Program-made: the position numbers and the translations under genes | Assembly (NCBI RefSeq): GCF_009914755.1 | Contig: NC_060932.1 | Length of the DNA: 64,000 nt | Source of the DNA: the human T2T-CHM13v2.0 reference genome, Homo sapiens | Reading direction: 5' to 3' (one strand) | Notes under the pieces: generated by a model | The model's database searches: none | Seen by the model: the letters and a program-made list of their open reading frames with translations, nothing else | Told to the model about the DNA's origin: nothing | In this document: positions 27,464 to 42,274 of the stretch, piece after piece | Layout: every line of letters starts with the position of its first letter | Numbering within the stretch: position 1 is the first letter of the stretch

Positions 27464-28262
27464 CAAAATATTTATTAACAGGTCTGTATGTGCTGGACAC
27501 TCTTTAAAGAAAATCTTATTTTCCAAGCAATGTACAGAATTGTTCAAATATGTTATTACTCCTTGTGAGAAAAAATAATGTACGAATATATATGTGCTTG
27601 TATATGTCTAGATATCTCTGAAATATTCTGGAAGAGACTGTCTGGGTGAATGGAAGTGAGGGCTGAGGGTGAGAGTTTTGGTACTTGTTGAATTCTCTAC
27701 TCCATGCATGCATTGATTATTCAAAATTAACTTTAAAAATAATATTTCCCTATGTAGCTATAATTACAATTGCTGTCATTTTGATTAATAGCTCTATGCT
27801 CTGCCTACAAGAATCCAAGTTTGTCTAAGAGCCTGAAAATGAGAGTCCTGTTGCTTTCAGAGCAGCTGATAGAGCAGAAGAAGGACTATGCCTAATTTAC
27901 CATCGACCTCACAGGATAGTGATGCCACTGAAAAACATGCCAAAAGGGACACTCAGTTTGTTAGATGCAGTCTTTCCACTAACATATTTTTAAGGACAGA
28001 GTGTGAGTTAGTGTACCAAGACTTTACCAGAACTGCCGCTCCTAAAGCCACCATGCACATGACTGTGGCATCAGGTCAACTGCAAACACAGAGCCTGCGA
28101 AAGCAGTTGTCTCACTCAACATACAACAGGTGCACTGATAATTCTGCCAACAACCCGTTAGTGATGTCCCACACATAAATCTCATTTTTATAAATCCAAG
28201 TATCTGTTCAACCAAATTAAGTACCCACCTATCCTATGCCAGGAACAGTTCTAATGAAATTT

Positions 28263-28624
<362 letters not shown>

Positions 28625-28958
28625 TAAATATTCAAGTGGTAAGCTTAAAACATACCTCAAAATGAGTTTGATTTTACAACAAACTGTTTTACAAATGAAA
28701 GCATTACACCTTCTTACGTCTCTTCAAAATGATTTAAACATATTGTGATTAGGATCTTTGGGATGAATCGGAATCTCAGGTCCATCGCTTAGTAACCCTA
28801 AGCAAGTCACTTAATATTTTTGAACTTTAATCTCATCTTCTGTAAAGTGGGAACAATAACACCTATTTTTCATGGTGATTTGAACCTTTTAAATAGTGTA
28901 TCTTTAGGGAGAGAGTTTAGCACAGTGCCTGCCATGGGTTTGCTTAATAAATAATAGT

Positions 28959-29310
<352 letters not shown>

Positions 29311-30718
29311 TCAGTTAAATGAATAAACTGCCGTTTTATAAATCCAAGTTAAATTATACCCTGCCCATTTCAGCTTGCTCAAGAGGAAAGAAAAGAAAAA
29401 GAATTCTTAGCTCTCTTGTTTTTTCTTTCTTTTCACAAGTCAGAGCAAAGAAAGTATACAACCACAATATACAGGAAACACACGTGTTCTGTAAAAAGGG
29501 GCAGCAGCTCTTTACTTTCAGAGAGAGTGAAAGATGTGAAAGCTAGTCAATGGCGGAGCATTAGAAACAGGATCAATAGGAACAATATCACCTCTCTGGG
29601 TCAGCTGATGAAAGCCTGGAAGGACTGGGCTTGAAGAGATGACTTCCAAGGCGTCTAGTCCTGATTGCTTAATATTTCATTAGAAAAGGTTAGCTCCCCT
29701 GCCTTGCCCAGAGTCATAGGAAGTCAGTGCAGGAAAACATCTTGGTGATCATGCAGATATCAGGCTCATTTTACATGGCAGGGGCAGAAAACTGGGGCTC
29801 ACTGAGAGAAGACTGGCCCTGAATCACCTAGCAAGTGAGTACCAGACCCAGAACCAGTAGCCAAACCTGCAGATGTCTACGGCAGAACTCGTTCCTCTCT
29901 ATCACCCAGACCCCAGCTGTTGCTGTATACCATGGGCTTAATTCTGGGTTATGATTATGACTTGTTGAATTTTTAAGCTCTCTAAGATGAACTTCAACAG
30001 AAAACATTCAGTATTCCCGAATGCTATATAACTTCTGCAAAGGGGACTAGTATGACAATTTTATTTCATGGGAATGGGGGTAGTGTATAAGCAGTGAGCA
30101 GTGTTTCAAAACTGGAGCTTCCTTTGAAAGCCCTATAAGGCAATTGGGCTCTTTTGAGGATGCTTATCTCTCCATGAGGGTATGAAAATTAAAAGTTGGA
30201 GGCACAATACCTTTGTAAAGAGCTTTATGACTGACACTTTTAACAGGGTACTGTGGCAGTGTTTGTTTCTTCAAAGTGCTGATATGACTTGCGGGTAAAT
30301 CGGCTACTTTTTCAAGTCTCTTTCTGTCATCAAATGCTTCCTACAACTTGTAGGTTAACTCGACTCATTTCTGCAATATTGAACAACCAAGAGGAAGCCA
30401 GCATTACAGTTTATGATTAAAATAAAGTGAAGGTGTCCAAAATAATGTTAGCTGTGCCTACCAGAGCTCATGCTTTAAAGTAGACTTTTCCAGTTAATAC
30501 TCATGTTTAACCAGAAAAGCAGAAACCTCACTCTGAGGATGTGGGTTCTGCCTTCTTGAGCATGAAAAGTTTCCTTTCTGTTCTTCAGGTAATTATATCA
30601 TTTACTTCAGTTAAGAGTTAATCATTTCTATTTTGAACAAAGAAATATTCTATAAATAGGTAATAAACATTTCTTTGAGACACTTGCAGGCGGCCACTCA
30701 ATAGAAAGGGCATGATAG

Positions 30719-31010
<292 letters not shown>

Positions 31011-32282
31011 TTACATAACAGGCATGAGCCAACTCTGCCTGTCTATGCTTTAAGGAGTTTATACTTTGGGATAAAACACATCTGTTGCAAGGAGCAATAT
31101 TATTAGACCATTTTCATTAGAACTGTTGCTATTAGGTAGTATCCAGAATGCTAGTCCATGTAACAGACATCACAGGGATGATTGATAGAGGAAACTAATT
31201 TCATTCAACAGGCCCTGACTGGGAGTACAAATCGTGTATATGCCAAGTATGAGGTAGACAAATAGCCTTTCTAACAAACACGAAATGGTAAAATATTACA
31301 ATAATTTATTTCAGAAGCATTGAGTAGTCTGTTTCTTTCCTCCTCCTAGAGTGAGTCATCACACTTGAGGTATCACTTTGTATGAATGAGAAGGTCTATC
31401 CATGTTAAAAATCTGGCTGTGGTTTTAAATTGAGGGCACCAAAAGGTATCCTTGGCTGGCAATTGGTGGTCCACGCATAGGCGTCTGTGTCATTTTCCTC
31501 CATACAACATTGGTTTTGTGTTCAGCACACTGCTCTGTGGAATTACAGGGCCCAGGCTCAATGATTCTGGAGCTCCAAGCAATAGATCTTTTCCAAACTC
31601 CAATTAAGCCAACCAAGTAATATTTGTCTTTCTTCAACTGCCTTTTATCAGGATGTTGTCTGAGATTTCCAAACTACTTGGTCCCTTCTAAAAGAAGGAA
31701 TGAAGCATGAATATTTATCTCCTGCTTACAAAGTAATTACAAATAATTAGCTCTGACATAACAAACAACCATATCCCTTCCATTTGTTTCCATCTCTAAG
31801 ATTTCAGGGTTTTCATTGATAAGACTCTTAAGGAATGCAAAAGTTGATTATATAATTTCACAACATGTAGTGCTTAGCAATAGTAAGGAAACTCTATTTA
31901 AATTCCAAGATCCAGTAATAACTATAGGAAAGTAGGTACTGCCTCAAGGAAGAGTAGGCTGCTATAATTATTGTATTATAATTATTAGTTTAACATAAGA
32001 CTTTCTCACGGTATTGTAAGATCTGACAGGAGTGTATAATATCTGTCTTGTTCAAGGCTAAATTCTCAGGATTGTAAAGTTTTGTTAGTAATAATATCAG
32101 CCTTAAGGCTTATGGTGAGGAATTAAATAAGATCAACAAATGTAAAGAACTTAACGCAGTGCTTAGAAGATAACAGATATTCAATAAATATTTTGTTTAA
32201 TGCAAATTATAGAGGAGCACAAACAGGAGAAGGAAAGCTTATGACCGAAGAAGTTCCTGCCTGTCACAAAGTTTTATTTGCA

Positions 32283-32585
<303 letters not shown>

Positions 32586-33488
32586 TTATTTGCAAAATTG
32601 TCACGAAAGCTAACATTTATTGAATGCTTGCTATGCGCCAGGCTTTATGCCACCTTACTTCATGTCTGACAGCAAGACTAAGAAGTAGGTGTCATTATCA
32701 CCATTTTATAGATGAAGAGGATAAGACCGATGGAAATAATGCTCCTGGGTTATCGAACAATTAGATGGCAATTCTAGGGTTCAATCTAGGGTTTACCCCA
32801 GAACCAGAAGGATGAAGCCCTATGATGCATGCTGAAACACAGCTTGGTGGAACCTCCTCCAGAAAGAGAGCAAAATTGCAGCATCTATGTCATGTGGCCA
32901 GCACTAAACTGGATGATGGCTGCCTTTTAACTGTCTGCAAAGTCTTGAGAGGAAAAAGAGCCCTCCGGCTTAGAGATTTCTGAGAGGGTCCAGATGGTTA
33001 AAGGATGACTGGCTATAAGTGGATGAGAAAGCTTTGGAAGTGAACACATCTCAACTGTTTTTCAAACCAGCCCATAAAAGAACTTGTGAAGTTCTAAGAA
33101 GGAGAGGACATAAAATAGGAAGAATGAGTCAGGAAAAGCAGTCAAACTACTTAGGGGCACTTAAGAAAGAGAATACAAGTCTGTACATTTTGTGTCTTAT
33201 GAAAAGTGTCATTGCTCTGGTGCAAGAGGGCTGTAGCACAAGTCAGCAGATGAGGCTATGGGCATGTGACAACCCGAGGTCAATGCCACAAAGTTTACAC
33301 AAACCCCAAAGGCAGCTTGAATGTCAGCAAATTTTTGCAGGAGAATAGGAGAGTGGCTTGGAGGATGACACAAGGGACTTCCATAAGGGGACCTGGAGCC
33401 CTGAAGTGAGACCAGATGAATGGAAAACAAGACACCAAAGAAACCAAAAAGGGAGGCAGCAAGGCATGAAGGGAGCAAGGTGACAAGA

Positions 33489-33901
33489 TGTTGTGGGCTG
33501 AGTTGTGCCACCTCTTACACAATTTATATGTTGAAGCCCTAACCCCCCAGGACCACAGAACTGTACTGTATTTGGAGATAGACAGCCTCTTTAAAGAGGT
33601 GATTAAGTTAAAACGAGGTCATTAGGGTGGTCCCTAATCTAATCTGCGTGGTTGGTGTCCTTATTATAAAGTGTTATTAGGACACACATAAAAGAAACAC
33701 CAAGGTTATATGTACACAGAGAAAGGCCATGTGAAGACCCAGGAAGAAGGCAGCCGTCTGCAGCCAAGGAGAGAGGCCACAGAAGAAACCAAATCTTGAC
33801 CTTGGACTTCTAGCCTCCAGAACCATGAGAAAATAAATGTCTGCTGGCCAAGCCATACAGACTGTGGTATTTTGTTTTGGTAGCCTTGGCAAACTAATAC
33901 A
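33489..33901 (+). mobile_element. MaLR solo LTR (MLT1B-like)
   Basis: tgttgtgggctga...gtatttggagata...ggtgattaagttaaaa...cttggacttctagcctccagaac...aaactaataca. Confidence 0.9.
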
Positions 33902-34055
33902 CCAGGGAACAAATGAGCCATCTTTGGATTCTCCTAGGAAGGAGGAAGAACAGGCAGGAGGCAGGAAGAGGTTGGTTCAAGCAGCACCATGGGTGGCTCA
34001 CAATAGTTCACCAAGTATTTTTATTGTAAACTCTGTTCTTTTGAAAGTATCCCCT

Positions 34056-34423
34056 TCTATTAGTCTGTTTTCATACTGCTATAAAGAATTCCCCGAGACT
34101 GGGTAATTTATAAAGGAAAGAGGTTTAATTGACTCACAGTTCAGCATGGCTGGAGAGGCCTCAGGAAATTTTCAATCATGGTGGAAGGCAAAGGGGAAGC
34201 AAGGCACCTTCTTCACAAGGCGGCAGGAAGGAGAAGTGCCGAGTGACAGTGGGAAGAACCTCTTATAAAAACCATCAGATCTTATGAGAACTCACTATCA
34301 TGAGAACAGAACTGTCCCCATGATTCAATTACCCCTACCTTGCCTCTCCCTTGACACGTGGGGATTATGGGGATTACCATTCAAGATGCGATTTGGGTGG
34401 GGACACAAAGCCTACCCATATTA
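34056..34423 (-). mobile_element. MaLR solo LTR (THE1D-like)
   Basis: gagactgggtaatttataaaggaaagaggtttaattgactcacagttc...gggtggggacacaaagcc; perfect 5-bp TSD cccct at 34051-34055 and 34424-34428. Confidence 0.93.
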
Positions 34424-36088
34424 CCCCTCAACTGGTGAATCATGGAAAATTGGAGAGATAATAGCTAAGGCCCAGGACAAAAGTTGATATTCTGAAGAGA
34501 CCTTAGACAAACGTAAGACTCTGCAACAGGCAGGTATCAGTGAAGAGAACTAAAAGTATGGCAAGGAGGCCAAAAAGAATAACAAGGAGCCAATGACCAT
34601 GAACCTGCTTACTGCCGAATTCTATCAAGAGCTGGTTTTGCTGGAGACCAAAGCTTCAGGTGCTGGAAATAACATTTCCGTGATGTATGCTGGGAGGTCA
34701 AGAAGCAAAGTGGATATAAAAAGGCTTCACAAATACCTTCAACTGAACCAGCTTGGATTTTATTGCAGAGGACCTCTCCCTCACCCTGGGCTCCCCAGGG
34801 ATTGCCAACCGTCTATTAATATGCAAAGGCTGGTGTGGCAGAACTCAAACACTGAAGCCTTAGAAACAGGAAGCTGGAGGAAAATTAAATGCATTTCATT
34901 CCCACAGCCGTTTTGATTACATAACCACACCTGAGCCACAGGCACACATCATTTTTACGTGATATCCTAATCACACCTGGGGGAGGTATTCAACATGTCT
35001 TACCTGTGTCTTAGCCCATCAGTGTTCTTAAACTCCTCTCTCTCCATCTCTCTCTCTTTCCTTCTTTCTGTGTCTCACTTTCTTCCTCAAAAGTTTGTAA
35101 CATGGAATTTAAACCTAAATATCAAATGGTTTGACTGTTCATCAACGTGATATATTAGCATGATGGAGCGGCAGTCCAAGTGATAGATCCATCTTCAACT
35201 TGTTGTGTGACCTTGAGCATATCACACATCCTTTGAAATTGTTTCTTCATCCATAAAATATGGGTATTAAAAATAAGACTTTTCTCTATGCCCAGGGGGT
35301 TGTGAAAAGTTATTTACAAATGTTGTCCCATTTAATCCTCTCAACCTTGCAAGGTAGGTATGTATTACCTTAATTTTCCTAAAAGTATTGGGGTTACCTA
35401 CTTCATAGAGTTACTGCACTAAATAAATTATATACAGCATGAAAAAACACTTTGTCGACTATGAAGCACCAAAGAAATGAAAGACAGCTAGATATTTGTT
35501 CTCAGTTCAAAGAAATCTCATGACTGTATAGTGTATGTTACTTCTAAGGAACATACTAAGAGAGGAAGAAAAGTCATTTGTCATTTCTAAGAGAGGAAGA
35601 AAAGTAATTTGTGTCCAACTCTGACATATCTTATGAACTAGCAATTTTTGATAGAAGAAAATGAAAACCAAAACAAGCTCAGAGAGATCTAATCACAAGC
35701 AATATGCAGAGATTAGAGTTCAGGAGTCACTTAGGAGAACACAGCAGCTGTTGATTTGTATGGCTGAGGGCAAACCTGGGGCCAGCCATGTCAAGGTATG
35801 TCTTGGTGAAGTCTGGCTTCAGCATGCTCTCCACCTACCTTGCAATGCAAACCTCATTTCTTTTCTGTTATCCTCCAATTCAGAGCTTTTATCCACCCCT
35901 TTCAATTGTCATAATGTATAATCCCATTTTTCACTCTTCTTAGGTCTCCTAAGAAGGCAACATATAAGTGGCTGAGCCAATCCAGTTGATATGTCCATAA
36001 ATGCTATAGAGTTAGTGTGTTATTTTCCCAAAGTGAGAACTTTATAGCACAGTAGGCCAGTGAATGAAACAATTTTGGGTGGACCAAC

Positions 36089-36434
36089 TGCTATGGTCTG
36101 AATGTTTGTATCCTCCCCAAATTCACATATTGAAATCCTAACTCCCAGGGTGATAGCAGTAGGAGATGGGGTCCTTGGAGGGTTGACTAGGTCATAAGGA
36201 CCTCATGAATGAGATTAGTATTCTTGTAAAAGAGGCCTGAGAGAGAGTGCTTCCCCCTTCTACTATGAGGACACAGCAAGAAGACACCTTCTATGAACCA
36301 TAAGTGGGCCCTCACCAGACACCAAATCTGCCTTGGACTTCACAGCCTCCAGAATCATGAGAAACAAATTTTTGTTGTATATAAGCTACACAGTTTATGA
36401 TATTTTGTTAGGGCAGCCTGAACAGATGAAGACA
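36089..36434 (+). mobile_element. MaLR solo LTR (MLT1A/MLT1A0-like)
   Basis: tgctatggtctgaatgtttgt...ccccaaattcacatattgaaatcctaac...ccctcaccagacaccaaatctgcc...aagaca; TSD ccaac/tcaac. Confidence 0.9.
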
Positions 36435-36646
36435 TCAACTTTTCCTAAGTCATAATAATGTAACCAATAACACCCACTAAAGCTTCTAAAGTACTCTTTG
36501 GATGAAGCAATACTTTAATGTAGAGTCAGTCTACTGCAGGTGATCGAAGACCTTACGGGACAGATAGGGTAAGAGTTATTATTATCTTCATGTTTTAGAA
36601 AAGGAAAGCAAGTCTTAGAGAGGCTCATTGACCTTTTCTACCTACC

Positions 36647-36714
36647 TACCTCCCTTCCTTCCTTCTTTCCTTCCTTCCTTCCTTCCTTCCTTCCTTCCTT
36701 CCTTCCTTCCTTCT
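36647..36714 (+). repeat. (TTCC)n tetranucleotide microsatellite
   Basis: Long pure polypyrimidine tract of cctt/ttcc units. Confidence 0.97.
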
Positions 36715-38521
36715 TAGTGTAACAATGTTCCTCCCTATAACTCACAATCATCCATCCTAGCACTATCTTCTACAGCTGTTACTGGAGGTTATCAACCAAA
36801 AACCTCAAAACAAGTACTTTAAAGCTGAGAAGAAAATGCACATAAAAGTCCTATGAAAATTGCAAAGCACACTACAAATACAAGCTATCTAGCCTCAGAT
36901 TGCATGTATCACCATTAAGGTTTCTGGGGATTTTTCTTTTTAAGCAAAATGGCATGGTTTTTATTTCTATTTTTCACCATACACATGGCAGCCTCAAGAA
37001 TTCCTGACTCTATTCTCTGCTCTGTTCCAATAAACAGTCACTAAAACAACTTCACTCATCAACCATGTCTGCAATTTAGAAATAAACTAAAACTGCAAAG
37101 CAAATCACTGTTAATAAGAATTGTTCTTCTGTTTGACAGTTGAAGTGGGTGTGAGATGGGCATAGCAATGAACAGTGGGAGCCAATGAGGTCCTCAGAAT
37201 GCGGCAAACTCCTCTGTGAAAATGTATCCAGGCAAATGTTTACTGAAAATCTCTAGTAATTTCAAGAGAAAACAGAGTTGCTCTGGAAAAACCCCAATGC
37301 ATTATTTAAAAGCCTTCTCTTTTTTACCTGTTTATTTATACTCAATTTACCTAGACCCCTCCTATCAATCAGCAAACCTTCCTCAGGGGAACAGGTGCAA
37401 AATCTGCTTAGTTTCAAGGGCCCAGTAGGGTTGTGAAGTTGAAAGAAAATTATTTGAGCCTTTCTGTGGAAACGAGCTAGCCTAATGAGAAGTGAGGACT
37501 TCCAACAATGGGGGTTGTTCTCAGACAATGGCATTCAGTCCTTTTCAAACACAAAGAGGTGTTTTTGTCAAAAAAGGGAATTTCCCAAGAAACCTAAGTT
37601 TTTCTGTACAAGCATTTAGGAACTCAAAGTGGAGAGCAGCCCATGCAGGATCCTAATAAACTAAAATTATCTTTTGTAGAGGAATTCGAATGAACTGTCA
37701 TTTAATGGTAGATGGGAAATATTTGGGCATAGTAGAAGAAGAAAAATAAGACAAGGAGAAAGGGTCAGAAAAGTTCAGGGTTCTCTGTGTTTGGACTGGG
37801 GAATTAAACACATCTAAAGAGCTGTCATAACAAAAAGATTCATGTTGGGCTCCACATTCTCCTGACATTTACCTCAACTACTAAGTATTAAATATTTACA
37901 AAGCACTTGGGCTTGTCGAGTGCTTTTTAACTCTTCTTTACATTTTTGCCTTCTGCACAGGTGGGGAAGTGTCGCTATTACTCCCATTTTATTGGTGAGG
38001 AAGTGGAGGATCATAACTACCATGTGACATATTCAAATTACAAAGTTAATGGAAGAGTCAGAGCTGGCATGATTAAAAATGGCACAGCCATACATGACCC
38101 CATGTTCCTAGAGTAACCTGTCTATACCCAGGGGAAATCAGTCAATGGCCCTAAGAGAAATTCAGCAGGAAAGCAGTTACTTGCTTCTTTTCCATGATCT
38201 GTTTTTGCCAGAGGGTGGATACTTAGATTCTTTAAATTTAGTGACAGGAGGAGAGCTGGAAGAAAAGTGATGCACCTCTTATATATTTGGCTGAAGACAA
38301 GATGGTCCATAGCAGCTGCTGCCCTCATCACTTCCTCCACCTTCTGAGCCATGAAGCTGTCACAGTCAAGAACTTGGCACATGTTATATTTTATATAGAA
38401 TGAAGCATCCAGGTTCAGATCCTCCATCACCTTGGCATCTTTCGTCTAGAGTATGATCTCTCAGAAGAAAATTATCCATTTCCTTTCATTGATTTTGCAG
38501 TAAAACAAAAAGAGTAATCAC

Positions 38522-39155
38522 AATAATAATAACTAATATTTACGGAGCATTTCCATGTGTCAGACATATTTTAAGGACTTGAGGTAGAAGGAAAGAGGAT
38601 GCCAGAAGAAATTTTAGCTCTGACATCTACAGTTACAGCAAACAATCAACACAACCTAACTCCTAGGCAAATAAAGAAAAAAGAGGTGGGGAACTGGAAC
38701 TGGCTTACAGGCCATGGGTAATTAAGCCTTATGTTAAGCAGCTCCAGGCATTCCACAACAGTCTCCATAGCAGCAAATAGGAAGCTCTGGCCCAAATGGA
38801 AAAACTGATTTAGACTTTGTCCGGAAGAGAGAATGATGGGCGGCCTGTAGGCACATCCAAACACAGTTATTTTCTTTTCTTCTTCTTTTTTTTTTAATCA
38901 CTTTTTGTTATTATTTTTTGCAGCACATAAAATTGAAAAAGAAAAAGAAAAAACTTTAACACATTCTATTACCCAAATGTATCAAGCATTTTTAATCTTC
39001 TCAACAGCACACAACCACTAGGAAGTGGTTACAATGATGACAGCCATTTCACAGATGTGGAAACTGAAGCCCAGAGAGCTTAAGACTGGTTACCTCCCAG
39101 CTAGTCAGTGGTTGAGCAAGGATTTGATCCCACAGCCTGTGACTTTAATCACTAG
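38522..39155 (-). mobile_element. MIR split in two (about 38522-38580 and 38991-39155) by a 0.4-kb insertion
   Basis: Left piece ends tttaaggactt and the right piece resumes tttaatcttc...catttcacagatgtggaaactgaagcccagagag, collinear with the MIR consensus. Confidence 0.75.
38596..38996 (+). repeat. Local direct duplication B, inferred acceptor copy (partner 59424-59804)
   Basis: Collinear shared blocks: agaaattttagc, tacagttacagcaaacaat, ctaggcaaataaa, gcaaataggaagctc, caaatggaaaaa, agcacataaaattgaaaaagaaaaaga, tattacccaaatgtatcaag. Confidence 0.95.
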
Positions 39156-39451
39156 CACAATAACATCACATCAGTCCTGTCCACACGCTAATGTCAGGCA
39201 GTGCGTTTGCACAGAAGGATGCATCTTCTTGGTGTCCAGTGTATCCACTTCTACTTTATACAGCTCTCTTCCTTTTGGATGAGACATTAACCTCACATGA
39301 TCATATTAGAGATTCATGTCCAAATTTACTAAGTCTTCATGGCAACGAGTCATTGATTTTCTTTCTTTGTTTTAAGCATTTCTAGGCAATTTTGATTCAT
39401 GTTCTACGAATTCAGACTCAGATACATGTGGTTAGAAGTATAGTGTTTTAC

Positions 39452-39776
39452 GGCCAGGCACGGTGGCTCACACCTGTAATCCCAACACTTTGGGAGGCCG
39501 AGGTGGGCAGATCACCTGGGGTTGGGAGTTTGAGACCAGCCTGGCCAACATGGCAAAATGCTGTCTCTACTAAAAATACAAAAATTAGCTGGGTCTGGTG
39601 GTGAGCCCCTGTAGTCCCAGCTACTCGGGTGGTTGAAGTGGGAGGATTGCTTGAACTTGGGAGGCGGAGGTTGCAGTGAGCCGAGGTCACGCCACTGCAC
39701 TCCCACCTGGGTGATGTGACAGAGCCAGAGTCCCTCTCCAAACAAACAAACACACAAACAAAGAAACAAACACCCA
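39452..39776 (+). mobile_element. AluS, full length with (AAAC)n-type tail
   Basis: Dimeric Alu; 18-bp TSD agaagtat(a/g)gt(g/a)ttttac at 39434-39451 and 39777-39794. Confidence 0.95.
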
Positions 39777-39854
39777 AGAAGTATGGTATTTTACCCCCTC
39801 CTAATTTTTAAAAACATGAATCTAAGTGTCTTCTCCACTTTCATTTTTCTATAT

Positions 39855-40070
39855 CAGTGGTCAGCAAACTATAGCCAATCTGGCTCTTGGTCTATTTTTG
39901 TAGGACCTACATGCTAAGAATAGTTTTTACATTTTTAAAGGTTGTAAAAAAGAAAAAGAAGGAGAAGAAGGAGAAATAGAGAAGGAAGAGGAGAAAGTGG
40001 GGAGAAGGAGGAGGTGGAGTATGCCATAAAGACTGTATGTGACATGCAAAGCCTTCAACTCTATTCTCCA
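39855..40070. mobile_element. MER58C-like element with internal GA-rich expansion
   Basis: cagtggtcagcaaactatagcc...gctaagaatagtttttacatttttaaaggttgt...tatgtgacatgcaaagcc. Confidence 0.7.
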
Positions 40071-41970
40071 AAGTATTCCAGGGTCAGTATTGAGTTAGGG
40101 TATGTGTAAGAGATACAGAAGTAGCCATATAAATATTGTGTTTTATAAACAAAGTTGAGGAAGTAAAAGTTTAATCCATAGGGGATGGGCAGGTAGAATA
40201 CACAGGTGAATGGGCTGGATGAACAACTGTAGGAAATAATAGGGCCTCTGAAAACAGGAGAACAGAAGCAAAGACATTCAACTTAAAAAGAAAAATCAAT
40301 TCCTCTGACAGCCAAGCAAAGCACTGCCTGCCATCTTATGGCCCCTGGCTTAAGTAAAACCATTTTGAGTTAGAAAGCTGTGCCTTTAAAAAAGATTTTC
40401 TTGATTCTCTTGGATGTTGTGTTCCATTGATTCTAAAAGCAATAAAAAGAATTTTCATGAGATATCAGTAAAAGTGTACCAACCCAGAATGACTAAGGGA
40501 TAAGTTACTGAGGCAGGTGACTGGCTCGCCTGTTCTGGAGGATGTAAGCAACTGAAAGCATCACATTTGTCTGAGGTGATTTATTTCTGATTTATTTCTT
40601 ACAGGAAGCAAAGGGATCGAGTCACAGGATGGCACCTGAGCATCCCTGTCTCAGCTCAGGACTCCTTGCTGAGCTTCCTCCTACAGCTGAAGGTACAGCA
40701 TAAGTTCTCCACCTTTCTCACATTGGTGAACTCTTCTAAGTCATATGGGCAGTGTTTCATTCAGCTGTTCTTTTCAGGAGCTTTATTTAAATGGTGCCTT
40801 TACAGACTGGAGTAATGAATTTGCCTCTTACAGTAAGACATTTCCTTCCTTTTTCCAGAAATTAACAGACTGATAGGTATCTTTTAGATAGGGAACTTTA
40901 CACAAAGAAGGTGCTAAACACTGCATGCATCTCTAAACACTAAACTAGGGCTCTCTTCTGGGTCTTGCAGAGAGTGGGGAGGACAGATCAACTCACACCT
41001 TGGGAGTGTTGGTGAGGAACAAGTGAAACCAACAGTGATCTCTGGGGACCAGCATAAAGCCAGATACGAATTTCAAAAATTCATATTTTTGAAAATGAGA
41101 AGAGGAGAGGTACAGAGACTTTCAAGTGTGCAGAAGTAAGATATTTAGAAAAAAGTAAAGTGAGGTAGGAGTCTACTGCAGGGAGCTCTCTGGAGGATCT
41201 TTAGAGGTCACCACAGGGACTACCATTTCTCTGAAAGCAAGTCAGTGACTGTACTATAGAACAGAAATTCTTCTTTATGGGTTTTTCTGCTCAATTGTTC
41301 CACAAGGAAACTTCTGATTAGTAGAGACCAAATATGTGAGGACAATCCTAGTGAAGTTTAATCTTCAAAGGACACAGATCTCATAGACTGGCTGACTGTG
41401 TAATTGGATGACTGTGTTTTATTATCATTTGGGGTCAGGAAATTGCACGTAGCACAGAGGTAATTATAAAACACGGTTTTGTAATTATAAAACACCCTTT
41501 CCTTTGTTTCTTGATTGACATTCTTGATATCTGGCCAGCATTACTCATGTTAACTGATATCCGCAATGCAGGCAGGAGTGATCGGACTGTATTAATGGAA
41601 AGTTGCATAAGGGGTCATGCAAAGACCTGTGTTTAAAGGGTTGTGCCTCAGTGAAGGAAGATGAAATTCTAATGGAGTTTGATTTGCAGCAAAGGTAGAA
41701 GTAGTAATTCCCTGTTTCCTGATAAAGTAAAACCCCCTTTCAATCTATGAATGAAACATTCAATAAAAAGCAGGTGGTCTAATGACAGAGGCACTTTTAG
41801 AGGTGTGGGGTTTTTCTGGGTGTCATCATTACAACGTTGGCAGGTGGCAATGAAATAGCCAAAATCTGTTCCTAAACTTGTGTATCTCACACTAAAGTAC
41901 GGAGCCCACTACTATTATATCACAGGGTCCAATACAATAAAATGTCATTTCTTTATAAAAATTTAATTTG

Positions 41971-42274
<304 letters not shown>

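Noticed and set aside
41071-41094. TTTCAAAAAT-tcat-ATTTTTGAAA inverted repeat
   Set aside because: 10-bp AT-rich stem, expected by chance in this composition.
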